A stretch of DNA of 63,775 nt, the filler included, from Choristocarpus tenellus KU-1152 (lineage: Eukaryota > Protista > Phaeophyceae), in NCBI GenBank assembly GCA_964200185.2. It is 9 parts of 9 records of this genome, joined end to end, with 100 filler letters (N's around TTAATTAATTAA, not from the genome) between each part and the next. Parts side by side here need not be neighbours in the genome. Positions count along the whole stretch, not along the records: positions 28,246 to 31,838 come from CAXNAD020019063.1; positions 31,939 to 38,051 come from CAXNAD020008906.1; positions 38,152 to 44,029 come from CAXNAD020009533.1; 6 more parts are not named here. One strand, written 5' to 3'. Under the pieces are notes generated by a model that saw only the letters and a list, made by a program, of their open reading frames with translations, did no database searches and was not told the DNA's origin. Within the stretch, counting starts at the first letter, position 1; the number at the start of each line of letters is the position of its first letter. This document shows positions 29,827-43,082 of the stretch, in pieces. Made by a program: the position numbers and the translations under genes.

Positions 29827-31104
29827 ACTAAATATACCTACTCTTACTAAATCGCACTATATGATACATAGCTTGTATACTGTGAACTACGTTATGCCCA
29901 ATGCAAGCCCTGTGTGTGTGGTGCCCCAGATTTTGTGAAGTAATACAAAACATCGCACCGATTGTACTTATCTAACCTTCAAACTGCACCTTTTATCACA
30001 ATGCGGGCCACAGAGTACCTTGTCGATTTTGCAACTGATGTATGGACTTGCTGTGGATTAAGCATGTAACTATATACCGACTGTCAGCCTTGTATATGTG
30101 CTCGAGCCACAAACTTGCGCAACTGATGTGACCTGTTTGTTGGTGACTGCATGTTACGCCAGCCCAATCATCCTGAATGTATAGTTTTTGTGTATGTGGG
30201 TTAGTTGTATGGGGATAGCCGTATAGAATGATCACTGGAGTTTCAATCAATAGTTATTTGCACATGCACAGAGCCATGTAGAATGGAGGAGGATTGACAC
30301 TAGAAGGGGTAGCAAGAGACCTCATGTATAATTGATAGTGGAGCCACTGCCATCGACCACACATATACATGGTACTCCTATTTTACTGATTTGTCTTATT
30401 GTGTAAGATGTTCTTCATCGGCGGTGCGGACATGCAAATTTTGGTGCCGACGATGCGTATTATCTGCTATATGCACCTACTTATTCTGAACGGGTGGATA
30501 TATTCGTGTATTGATTATTGAACGATATAGTAGCACACATTATTAAAATTATACATATTGTAGTAAGATACTTACATTATTATACCCTCTGACAATTTGG
30601 AGATGTGTGAGGGGTAAAACCAAGGAAAAACTATTCACATGTTAACTAGTATTATGGTGCGATCAAGGGTAAAACCTCGAGGAACGGTGGAAATCACTAC
30701 TAATATACTACTGAAGTACAACGTACTGTGATTTATTTCCAGTGACAATTTCTTCCAGATAGATGGATGTTGTAGAGGAAGGGGAAAGAAACGACCTGAA
30801 AATATAAACACAAAATCAACACCACAACAGCAACAAATACAGTCTGTATTGCCTATTATAATAACTAGGACTGTCTGTCACAACAGTAAATATTATTATT
30901 GAATCGTGATACCTATTTCTTCTTGTGCCTACCTTACAGCAACCCATCAAACAATTACCTCGTCTCCTCTACCTATGTTCCACCTTCAAATCAACAATAC
31001 ATGCAAACGCCATACAATATTATTATGCCTGGTAAGATATTATCATATTATAAGAAAAACAGAATACAGAGAAAGGAGAGAAGGCAACAAAACACAATGG
31101 CAAC

Positions 31105-31460
31105 ACAACGGTAGTTATAACCTCAACACATTCGTGGTGGAAAGTTTTGGGCATCTCGGCAAGCAAGCTGAATGCTTCCTGGATGAACTGGCTACACTCA
31201 CATGGTAGGGGGGAGAGGAGCGGGAGGATATTGCAGGAAGGAGTAGTTAAATCCCGGCTATGCCAAATTGTCTCGGTGACTACGCAAATAATGGCATTGT
31301 CTAGACGTGTCATGCACTTTAAACTAGAGTCATCAGGGAGATGGGCACGGAGGGGTTGAATTCTTGGGATGCCTCGCTAGCTCCCTCCCGGGGGCGCAGG
31401 AGTAGGTAGATGGGAAGCACAGGAAGGCAGTAGTACAATACTGATAGTAGTAGTAGTGGT
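31105..31460 (+). mobile_element. 3' fragment of a CRE/R2-like (restriction-like endonuclease) non-LTR retrotransposon, frameshifted
   Basis: SYNLNTFVVESFGHLGKQAECFLDELAT...GVVKSRLCQIVSVTTQ...SRRV resembles the REL C-terminus (F.VE.FG.LG). A short (TAG)n tract follows at ~31445. Confidence 0.65.
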
Positions 31461-32079
31461 GAATGAACTGATTAGTGGTTTTCACACCACTAGAAGTGTT
31501 TTAGTGTTTTCACATTTATGATATTTTACTTCTTATTATACTGACATATATATATATAATATATATATGTGGAAAGCATGTTTGTCTGATAAAGGATTAT
31601 AGTATGTGGGTACAACGAGATCTGGCCAAAAGACACTAGACTTAAAACAAGTATGCAAACACACAATCAAACAACTAAAAAAGGAAAGAACATAAAAATA
31701 AAAATAAAAATCAATAACAAAAAAATAAAAAACAATAATTGGCCATGATCTGTACCACACATACCCACGATAATCTCTTTACTGACACGATAGGTTATGA
31801 CACGACAGCAATGCATGATATACAGACTATGCAAAGGANNNNNNNNNNNNNNNNNNNNNNNNNNNNNNNNNNNNNNNNNNNNTTAATTAATTAANNNNNN
31901 NNNNNNNNNNNNNNNNNNNNNNNNNNNNNNNNNNNNNNAAACAACAGTGACAAGCTTGAAGTGAAGGGACCTACACTGCGACAGTAAACCATTAACAACA
32001 ACCCCCCCCCCCCCCCCCCCTTACAATACTTTGCCCCAAATATCAACCACACCAACACTGTAATCGTCCCTCTTATCAC

Positions 32080-35000
32080 CTGAATACCCATTCGGGAGTA
32101 ATTTGGCATGGGCCTAGCTTTAAACTGACTTGACACCTCTTCCATCTCCAGCTCTTCCGAGGACTTGACCTACAACAGCAGGAGGAGGAGGAGATAAACA
32201 TACAAACAATGTTAGCATCAACTCTGTAGATCACGTCCTTACCATGAAAAAGGTAGTGAGATCGATACCCACATTCAACAACCTTTTTTGAGCCGTGCTT
32301 GTATCTCTATTATTATACTATATCTTTATTATTATTATTTATTTGAGCAATATGCCAATTCCCAAAAACTAACCCTAACCTTATGAACATACACATCAAT
32401 TCAAACACATCTAACCCTAACCCTAACCCTAACCCTAACCCTAACCCTAACCCTAACCCTAACTCAACAAATCTAAAACACACCCACAACTCCTCGCCAT
32501 GCCCAACACACCACCAAAAAACATATCCACACCAACAACTAAAAAAAAAAAAGCCAACCATCCCACCAAAAAAAACTACCGAATCAAAAAAAAAACATTT
32601 CGCTCTAATCCTCACAACTTAAATTTAAAAAAAAACAATTTTAAAAAAATTAAACATCACTCACTACATCACTCACCCCTCCCAAGCTTCCGCGAATGGC
32701 TGACCTACGCTTAGTAGATAGCATCGGAGACTCTGCAACTGTCACTTCCTTACTTCCGGTTCTCCTATCCTTTCCCCCGGCCCCTCCCCCCCCCCCAAAC
32801 CCTTTCCCCCCCCCGGCAGCGATGTTATTCAAAGAGGAAGAAGTCACAGATGCTTCTGTCCTAGGTCTCGCCCTCCCAACGCTAGAGCTTCTATGTGTAG
32901 GCATGGGCCTGGCCTTGAACTGCTTGGACAGCTCTTCATCGTCTCGAGTACGAAAGGGACTGACCAAACAAGAAAAAAAAAAAATCAACAGAAAACAAAC
33001 AAAACAAAACAAAACAAAACAAAAAAGAACATTTTCAATAATAATAAAATAATTAGAATAATAATAGTACATCGCAGTGACGTCGCAACCAAATTTCAGA
33101 AACAAAAAAGTAAAATATCAAGGTCAACACAATAGTCCCAATTGTTACACACCAAATAAATAAGTGTGTATTAATAAAAATAATTACCTTTTTCTAAACT
33201 CACTACGATATTATCATGATCATCGTCTATATTACTATCATGATCACCATCCCTATTATTATCATGATCACCATCTATATTACTATCATGATCACCATCC
33301 CTATTATTATCATGATCACCATCTATATTACTATCATGAACACACCATCTATATTACTATTCTGTGAAAACTAGGATCACTCATAGAAACAAGTACATTC
33401 ATCCAAAACCATCATCCCTCCCCTGAATCTTCTGTCATCCCCTCGCCCTCTCAAAACATCAAGCAAGAGACAAATTAACAAAATGTGCACACCTCTTCCA
33501 CCCTGAAGACAGTGACCCTATCCACATCAACAATTCACACCATTGATCAAATCTCCTAACTTCATGTCATTCATCCCTCCAAAATAAGACTCACCTCACC
33601 CTTTGCTTCCAACAATCCACAACAACCCTCTTCACCTCCAAAATCAGACTTCCAATCAAGTCACAAAGAACACAAAATTTAAAAAACAATTGCAAATAAA
33701 AATAAAATTTACAACACCCAACACACTCCATCACTCTACAGTTACACTCTTCAAATCATAGAGGAAAGCAAGTACAGTCTGCAAGAAATAATTAAAAAGT
33801 GATCATCAACTCTTACCCCTCCAATAACATGCAAACCTTCACACAACAACAGGCACAGGTAGATTCCTTCAAATACCACATCCACCACATGACCATGCAC
33901 CACACTACAACACAACAGGTCAAGGAGCATCAACAGCTTCACTACCATCTTCAAAATACTTGCTATGTAAAAAAAAAAAAATGTCCGTAAGGCACTCACA
34001 CATGTGACAACCAGCCACAAGGTAGACCAAATCTACAATAACAAAAAAACCACAATAAACACATTTTAACACATTTTAACACTTCCCCCCCATTCACACA
34101 TCCAAAACAATGACCAAACACCGAACAATAGACTGCTACTGCATACATAGATACACACTTAATACACACATACAGTAAAAACATTATCTGTACATACATA
34201 CACACATATATAGTACATAATATATACATATATAGTACATAATATGTACATACAATTGTGCATATTTTTTGAATCACACATACATAAATCAGTAGAAATC
34301 TACATACAAAATATATATATAAACATACAATATGTCACATACGTGTACATATATACATACGTGTATAATCTAAGGTAAACACAATAACCCAACATCCAAG
34401 CAAGCACAATTATACACATACACATACACACACCTGGCAGGCCTGCTGTTTGCCCTTCCATCAGTACTTAGACTGAAGGGGGTGGGAAGGGTGAGCTTCT
34501 TCTCACTTCGATGAGGCCTGAACACGCCTTTCTCTCCACCAACTCCAAATGTCTCCCTCCGGAAGGGCCGAGCCTTGAATTGGTGCTTCTCAGTAGCAGA
34601 ACAAATAAGCCAACCACAACATCACCAACATTTCAACAGTTTCAGGTTCTTGAGGCAGTTTCACTTTTTATGACAATGTGATCGTTAGTGTGCTAACGAT
34701 TTCGCTACTTCAAGAGTCACACATTTCAAGAAAGTTTAATCCACTACTTGTCTTGTCCACTCCACCCCAAAACGTAACAGCATGTACATCACATCACACA
34801 ACATTGAATCACAATACTACTTTCCTTTCAAAGCCCCCAATCATGCCATCAATATCACGGTCAATCTTCAAGATACTCTTCTCCTCTCAACAACAAAATG
34901 TCCCTTCCTTCAACAAACCAAACTGCAGAGACCCATTCAGCAATTCCACGCAATCAACTCAATCACATGAGTAACCCTAACCCTAACATGTACATACAGA

Positions 35001-37716
35001 CTCCTGAGTAACCCTAACCCTTATCATTAACACAAAAAGATGGTCACACTTAGGGTTGGGGTTAACTATCACCACATTGATCCCATAGGGTTAGGGTTAG
35101 GGTTAGGGTTAGACCATCTTAAACCAAGTAGGCAAACACATTGATCATGTCAACGCTATCATTTAGACAAATAGACAACACCATTCACAACAAAAGTCAA
35201 CAATAAGTATATTGCTGACTTAAAGCACTACAGGTAACATATCACTCACCTTTTTCATGTCCTCTAGCTCTTGTTCTTCAAGCTCTTCTCTAGAGGCGCC
35301 CAGCTTCTTGGGGTTGATAGCAGCCCTACGATCTGAGTTGAGCCTAAATTTTATATTATTAAAAGAAAATAAAAAATAACATCACAAATGACATCACAAA
35401 TGACATCACAAACAAGCATCAAACAAGCACCGACTTTACAAAAAAAGAAAGTCTTGATAGAAAGCTCTAGAAAAACCTGACCACTTAACCAACAAGAAAT
35501 TTCATAGCAACAAGACCCAAAGGTCATTCTTCAACAGCTAGCTCTGCATTACAACAGTCAATTTCTCTCTTATTTTAATTGACGCTGTGCTCTTTTAGCA
35601 AGACCAAACAAGGTACATCAAATAAGGTACATCAAACTCGCCACAATCACAGAACACTACAGTAACAAGAAAGGTACACCTGATACATCAAAAAAGGTAT
35701 ATCTTGGAACACTGCAAATAACCATCCTTTCCAGGAAAAAAAGACTCCTCACTTTCTCACTCACTTGGGGCCTACAGGGAGAGTCAAAGGGCGTTTTGTC
35801 TCTGGGGCAGTCTTGGCCTTGCTCAGAACCTCTCCAGGACCAAGGGACCTGAACCGATCCGGCATCTACACACCAAAAAAAAAAACAGAAACAGAATCAG
35901 ATGTAAGAAGAGCTTCAACGCTTCATGTAAACACCAGTCAGTGAGAGATATCAAAAATACAATTTTTTTTTAAATGGTTCCCCTCCGTATGTTAGAAAAA
36001 CAATGGAGAGGACATGAAAGAAAAAAGACAAAAAAAAGTGGGGTCAAGACAGCCAAAGACATTCCAATAAAAACAATTAAACACAAAAACATCCCTACCT
36101 CCTCATCCATATAAAACCCAATCTGATTCAAAGCACCTGCAGCCAAATCAAAATCAGCTCAGACCAAACCACCTCATAACACACACAAACATACAAATCA
36201 ACCTTAACTTAAAAAAAATGAAAAAATTACACAACACCAACACCACCTGCACAGCACATCAAAACCCTCCATAATACCTTGTTGGCAATCTTATCCATTG
36301 TCTCACGGAAGGTTAGACCATCGCCTGCTTCCTCCTTACGCCCCCCTGCCCCAGCTCCTCCCTTGCTGATTGACTCAGACAGTTTAAACGGCTGAGGTAC
36401 CGTTCTCGTCCCCTGGAAAAATAATAAAAAACATCACACCATCTCATCCACTGAATTGGGGTTACTTTATATTCATTTTGTTCTATTCTATTCTATTCTA
36501 TTATATTATATTATATTATATTCCATTGTTCTATTTTGTTTACTTCATTTTTTAATATTTTCCACGAAACAAGTACACACAAACACAAACACACACACCG
36601 GCTCTTTTAGTCCACCAAACAATAAGAACTTACTTTTTTTTTAGAATTATGGCTGTGGAGAAAACCAACTAAAAACAAAAAAGGTGTACAAATGATCTGC
36701 CATGACTCCTGACAAACAAATCATGGCGGATTGAATAAACTCAACAACATAGGCTGTTCCGAGGTATTGCATGGCGTGCGCACATCAGCCATAAATCACA
36801 CTGCCTTCCATCCACTAGCAACAAACACCCCATTGCATTCTTTATTTCTTCACCTTTCAATAACACACCTCAACAAAGAAAACAAACAAGCCATCCACAC
36901 ACCCCACACATACACCCACGCCCCAACGCCATATCAATAAATACAAATCATCATCATCAATCAACAAACCAACTCACCCTAGTACTCTTGCTGGTCTGCA
37001 TCTCCAAGAGATGACCTTGCCTGGCATTCTCCGGATGAGTAGGCGAAAACCCTCTGTGTTCCACCTTCAAACAAACAAAAAAAAAGAAGTTATCAACAAA
37101 AGACAAGACATCCCATATCACACATCCAGACTTGCTCATTCTTTCCATCTATTTATACCTTTTTTTGTCCTGATAAGAGGAATATCTTTTGTTGTCCTGG
37201 CAAGAGAAAAACCTTTTCTTGTCAAAGGATTGTACTTAAGCACACCGTGAGTCACCAGAATACATTAAATTTCAAAATCTACCACATTATAGACAAAACA
37301 TACCACACACTATTCCTTATTACACTGCCTTTAAAATTTAGGTCATTACACTAATCCTACAACCATTCCTTACTTTAGAACAAAATAAAACAAAACAAAC
37401 AAAAAAGAGAAACACAATACACAACACTTTTTTTTTTAACACACACACTATTCCATATGCGTATCAGTTACAAAAACTGCACCATACCTCACAAAACCCT
37501 AACCTAAAAAATAGCTTTTTGAAGGACAACCACCACTCTGTCAACACACAACAAACAGCCAAAATATATATAAATTACATACTCTTCTTAGAACTAGGGT
37601 TAGGCTTAGCCTTCACAACCCCATACTAAAAAATCCCTCCATACCTGAGACCCGACAGAAGCATAAACTTTGTCTCCTAGTCTCCCCACTGTCTTCATTG
37701 CTGGACTGGCAGGGAC
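32080..37716 (-). CDS. TPX2-like microtubule-associated protein (partial, >=8 exons)
   Basis: Short GT-AG exons encode repeated TPX2-type motifs: TVPQPFKLSES, LTLPVGPKLNSDRRA, EELEEQELEDMKK-HQFKARPF, LTLPTPFSLSTDGRA, EELSKQFKARPMP, VTVAESPMLSTKRR, EELEMEEVSSQFKARPMPNY. Confidence 0.8.
32411..32463 (-). repeat. Interstitial telomere-type (TTAGGG)n tract, ~8 units
   Basis: (CCCTAA)n on the + strand, inside a TPX2-like intron. Confidence 0.9.
33207..33360. repeat. 24-bp minisatellite, ~6 units (TCATGATCACCATCYMTATTAYTA)
   Basis: Direct reading; produces the spurious YYYHDHH ORF. Confidence 0.88.
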
Positions 37717-38032
37717 CTACCCAAAGTACACACATCAACACACACGTACATACATAGATACATGTATCTTAGTCATCCAAAGGGCAATGAACTCAGCATG
37801 ACAACAAACTCGTTGTACATGGTTTGAAACACTCAAGCAAACACAGAAACATTTCTAGAATAAAATATGATACATTATATATATTATATTATATATTATA
37901 TATTATAATATTTAATATCTTTAGATTAAGTTAATAAAAAGATGATATGACTTCCTACCTCACCTGTCCAATACTATCACAGACAACTCAAGAAAACACA
38001 GTCACAACGGTATACATACATACATAAACTAT

Positions 38033-38051
38033 GGGTCAAAGTATCTGGGGG
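38033..38051 (+). mobile_element. MITE family B/C terminus at contig end
   Basis: GGGTCAAAGTATCTGGGGG. Confidence 0.6.
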
Positions 38052-38279
38052 NNNNNNNNNNNNNNNNNNNNNNNNNNNNNNNNNNNNNNNNNNNNTTAAT
38101 TAATTAANNNNNNNNNNNNNNNNNNNNNNNNNNNNNNNNNNNNNNNNNNNNAAGGGGTGTACGTGTTGGGGTTGTCGTGGGTGGCAAACAGGGGCCGAAC
38201 TCTGTGGGGGTGGGGGGGGGGGGGTTGTCGTGTGGAGTGTGCCTACCTTTGTGACGATTGTCTGTCCGGGAGGTACCTT

Positions 38280-41200
38280 ATGACCTTTGTGGTAGTGCCC
38301 CTCTCCCTATGATGTCGGATCCCTCAAGGTGTACTGAGGTTTGGTTGCCTTGATTGTATCCACTAGGGATGAGGCTCCCGGCATGCGCACCCCGTGTAGT
38401 TCCAGTCTCCTGGCAGCAGACTTCGCCACAGCCCCGACTCCATCGGACAAAGACTTGCCGTGACTGGAGGCAAAGAAGTTGTGTACCACGGAAATTCCCA
38501 TCCGCACGAAAGACTGAGAAACCCACCACATCTGCCGTCTGTTCTTGAATTGGCTCCCGCAGCCATCGGACCAGCTGTGCAGGATCTCTAGAGTCTGTCC
38601 GTATTCACTGGCTAGAGGTATTAGGAGGTCTTTCACAAACATCTCCACGGTGTTCTGGACGAACTCGTTGTCTTGGCTTCGGTCTTCACTGCACACCGTC
38701 ATGCTGTGAGCCCAAACCCTTCCCTTCCCAAGGTTTCCCTCTTCTCAGAAATCCGTCAACCATCAGACAATGGTCTCAGAAGCGCCGTAAGGAATAGATT
38801 GAAGAACTCTTGTTGTGTCAAGTCTTGGTGGTTGTGTTGCAGGTGGGCGCTGAAGTTCATGGACATGGTGGCATGTCCTTCGGGGAGGCGGGATTTGCAG
38901 TGTTTGTATTGTTGTGCCAGCCAAATAGTGGTGTTGTGATGAACGAAGAAGCTCTTGTCAAAGTTTGCAAATATGACTTTTAGGAGTGTGGGGAATCCCT
39001 CCGTCCTTGGGAACAGCACCTGCATCGAACGGTCTAGGTGGTCGCGTATTGAGCGTTGTTGCTGGTCATAGGTCGTGGTGATTCAGGCTTAGTTGTGGTG
39101 TAACCGATTATGTACGGTGCTGTGGGAAGGGGTATCTGCTCGTTGTTTGGCCAATAGGCCGTGTGACACATTCAATATACACTGTAATTATTAGTGGAAT
39201 GAAACTGTCGCTCACCTTTCGCCTCCGGCTGTGTTTGTCCGTAGGCCCTGTGGCGTCTCTTCGTCATCATTCTCTTCGGTCCTGTTCCTCCTGAGGTCGG
39301 GGGCGGACTCTCCCACCATGCACTTAGCGATAATCAAATCGTCGGTCAAGAGATTGTCCGCCCTCAGCTCCGCATATTTTGCCTTGATCATCTGGATCAT
39401 GTCATCTTTGGTGGTCCTGCTTGGGGTGGCGATGTCAAGTCTAGAGGACAGCGGCTGTGTGGCAGTGTAGACGGATATAGAGATTTATTGCAGCATGGGT
39501 GTGTGGTCTGGATGTTCACACGGGGATATGGTCGATTGGTAGGGCAGGTTGCTGTGTCGGTCCTGGATCCGGTGTAAGGGTGGAACCGGACAGGTTCATT
39601 TTCAAAATGTAATTGGTTGGTGAGTGTTTGGATATGGTCCACCTTTATTTCCTGGCAAGTCTTTTTTGCAGATCCGCCTCCACCACCGGGGTGTATGCGT
39701 GGACGAACTCGTTCCATACGTGACACAGGTGCTGTGAGAGTCTAACATACAAGGGCACTTCCACATGGGATGAGATTTCCAGTCACACCTGTCACATGTG
39801 CCGTTGATACAGGAAATTTTGAAACTGCCCAAGGAACCGCCAGAGGATGGTTCGCTGAGGGGCTCCAGCACGGTCCTCTCGCATCTGTTTTGTTTTGATC
39901 AGTCCATATGAGCGGTTTTTGTTGTCGGTGTAGAGGTTTGAGTAGCGGATCGAACGTCACTAGTGGAGTCCGGCTGTAACTGCCATATACGTAGAGGACG
40001 TAGTGAAATGGTTTGAGGGTGAGTGCGTTGGTGTGAATCTACGGTGGTTTCATTATTTTGGATACCATTCCAGCTCGTCATGATAACACATTCGCCACGT
40101 TGCGGATGTGGTTTGGAAGACAAGCTTACAAGAGAAAGGCCATTAGATGAGCACCACTTTCGAGTGCGGTCTCCACTTCTTTAGACCCGCATCCCTTGCC
40201 TTTGTCGCAGAATGAGCATGTGCATGCGCATGCGCAAGTGTGTTGTCCATCGTCGCTAAAGTTTGTACTCGCATGTACGTTCTTCCAGTTCTCTCTTAGG
40301 CACTGAACCTGGAGGTCGGTGGTCATATGGTGAATGCAAACGCACGATCTGTGTTACGTGGGAGAGTGGAGGGAGGGATACGGTGGGTCAGCATCCCTTG
40401 TGTGTGGACACTGATGATGCAGTATGTGACTGGGTATCCTGTGGCGGTTGGGAAACATAGAGTTGCCCACTCATCACTGTATCGTGTGCACTAAAATTCA
40501 AAAGACTATTTCCGTACATACCTTGGCGTGGCCTTTGTGATGTAGAACGGTCTCCACTTCACGAATGTCGACAGACAGAGTATTGGTCCTGAGGTCCCCT
40601 CCTGTTCGATTCTCTCCTTGAAGTTGGCGTAGACATCCTCATCTGTCCCAATCTGTGACCTGTAGTGATGTCGGTTGCACCATGTATACGTAGTGTAATC
40701 TCACAGTATTGTTGGAGGGTGAACATGTTACACAATGATTAATCCATAAAGTGTCGAGGGTGGGTACGCACAATATTTGTGAGGATGACACTCGCTAGTG
40801 TAGAGTACCTCTGAGCGTGTTGCTGGCACAGTGCATCTGGGCGGCAAACTCTCTTGTTCGTATGCGGGTCCATGTAGTGCATTCCCTTAGTGGAATCATG
40901 AGATGCGACCAGATCGTGGGGCATGACGGTGCTGTTGCTCTCCCATACGGCGATACTCAGAACATGTGTATCAGGATGCTATACATCAAACTGTCGTGAG
41001 GAGCTGTCCCTTCTCACGTCGAACACCCTTGGTCTGCCGTTTTGTCTGAGGTAACGATGGGAGATGTGGGGAGTGTGTCGGGAGTGAATGTATCTTAGAG
41101 GGTACGAGTTCTTACCTCATTGTCCGTTTGGGGATTGGCTTCCCCTTTTTTTTTAATGACACTTTCCTATTCTGAAATGTTTCGCAGAGGGTATTTTGGA

Positions 41201-42200
41201 TACGTTATGAAAAGGTGTGTCCGGAACAAGGGTTTTGACACTTCGTAACAAACACGATATCCAAAATTACATCAAAATCGCGACATTGCATTTTGGTCCC
41301 CAAATGGACACGGCTCTACCCTCTAAGGTACATTCGCTCTCGGTTGTGTAAGCAGAATATGATGGATCATCCGGGCATCCCTGTTAGTGATGAAATGGTT
41401 TTCGACATACAGTGGATATGTTTGCCCGGGGGCCAAGTTGTGTGTGTCACGCTGTTGATGATTGCGGAAAACGAACTTCCATACCTGTGGGTGGTGCCTT
41501 AAGTAAAGTTGTGAGGGGCGTGTGTGTCGGAGCTGGGAGATAATCCCCCAGCTTCATCTGCAGCAGATGCGGAGGGCCTCGCCTGTCGCCGCATGTCTCG
41601 CATGAATTCCGTGCGTTTTTTGGCGGATGACCTTAGTGTGTTGACGTCGATGTCGTATTTTCCTGCTGTGACGGACAGAAGGGGTTGAAACGTCGATGTC
41701 ACCCCGACATCGCCTATTTCGACATCAGGAGCGATGCCGACGAGGATGGATTTGTATACCCGGCGAGTATGCTCGGTGCTAAGATCTTTTTTTACACATT
41801 CGAGGATTATGTAAACCTGGAGATCAGGCGTGGACTCGCGTTGTTCCCAAGCCAACACAACTCGCAGCGCGCTTGCCAACAGTGTAAATCTGCTTTTCTC
41901 ATCCAACAACCAAGAGGCAAGGTCATTCCAAGTGTGGCCGCCTCTTTCCATCTCTTCTGAACCATCGTGATTGACAAACATGGAGAGGAAGAGGTCCATT
42001 ATCTGGTCCGTTGTGGAATTCTTCCACGAACGGGCAACACTGGTCTTGGGCGGTCTCTTTAGTCCCCGTTTCCTGAGTGGGATCCAAACGAGGTTACGAT
42101 ATGTGTTGGGTGGGTTTGTTTTCCTTTGATATTTTTGATAGATGTTCATGATGCGAACATAGATAGTGCTGCATATTTGTACGGAGGAAGGGGCTTGCAC
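38280..42200 (-). pseudogene. Sola2-like DDD transposase, intron-containing and decayed
   Basis: Catalytic-core motifs MNFSAHLQH...QQEFF (DF(S/A)EN position, Asp replaced by Asn), WSDGCGSQFKN and HNFFASSHGKSLSDGVGAVAK. Upstream Cys-rich segments (CACACTCSFC, CINGTCDRCDW...CPC). GT donors at ~40520, ~40130 and ~39215. Fragmented into several ORFs, with a nested MITE. Confidence 0.75.
41082..41339 (+). mobile_element. MITE family A nested in the transposase locus
   Basis: TIRs GAGTGAATGTATCTTAGAGGGT ... ACCCTCTAAGGTACATTCGCTC, exact 4-bp TSD TCGG (41078-41081, 41340-41343). Confidence 0.88.
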
Positions 42201-42749
42201 AATGTTTGGTCACGAAGTGTTACACTGAGTACGGCCGTGTTGGATGACACCCCATTTTCATGGAGAAAGGTATGTTTGATTCATCGATGATGAACGAAAC
42301 CGCCACGATCAGAATATCCTGAAAAGGTGTGCATCACGTACACAGTCAATTGCGAGCCACATCTAGAAGGTTACAAAAATGTACGATGAAGCATGTAGGA
42401 CGAAATGGACGGGGTAGTTTATCGAACAGTAGAGTGCGTATTTTGACCTTAATTTTTGGGGGGAAACAGTTGACAAGTGCATGATGGGAGTCGCCCATGA
42501 CAATATTGGCGCATGTATGTACTACATTTTACGTGTTCTGTCGAACAGTAAACTAATGTGTACGATGGATGTTGTGGTGGTTGGGATACTGAACGTTTCA
42601 TGTCATGTCGGTCAACACATATCCCCACGTGCACACGCTTTCGTATACGCCCCTTTCTCTATACTAGGGGATATCAGGTCGCCATTTGAGTTTTGTGGTA
42701 CGTCGAGGACGATGGTTTAGAAGCGTGCGGCTTTGAAGAGGTTAGTGTG

Positions 42750-43082
42750 AGGACAGCCGCAACTTTTGCCATACTTTGTTGTACGGTAAAGTATGGCTAA
42801 ATAGACTTGAGGTGTGTGACTTGAGAAATATTGGTTTAAGGGGACCGCCGAAACTTCCGCCACACTTTGACGTAGGATAAAGTATGGCAAAAATGACTTG
42901 AGGCGTGTGACTTGAAAAATATTGGTTTAAGGACCGCCAAAACTTCCGCCACACTTTGACGTAGGATAAAGTATGGCGAAAATGACTTGAGGCGTGTGAC
43001 TTGAAAAAAGTTTTATGTGGACAGCTGCAATTTTTGCCATACTTTGACGAACGGTAAAGTATAGCAAAAATGACATGAGGTG
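42750..43082. repeat. Tandem array of ~90-bp units (about 4), each with an internal inverted repeat TTGCCATACTTT...AAAGTATGGCAA
   Basis: Units begin GGAC at ~42750, ~42842, 42931 and 43019. Confidence 0.88.

Noticed and set aside
32411-32463. True chromosome end
   Set aside because: The tract is short and internal to an intron, with exons on both sides.
32313-33367. ORFs with NPNPNP/LGLGLG and YYYHDHH repeats
   Set aside because: They are translations of the (CCCTAA)n tract and the 24-bp minisatellite in introns.
42750-43082. Possible CRISPR-like array (palindromic repeats at regular spacing)
   Set aside because: Whole units are conserved, with no unique spacers and no cas-like ORFs; eukaryotic context.
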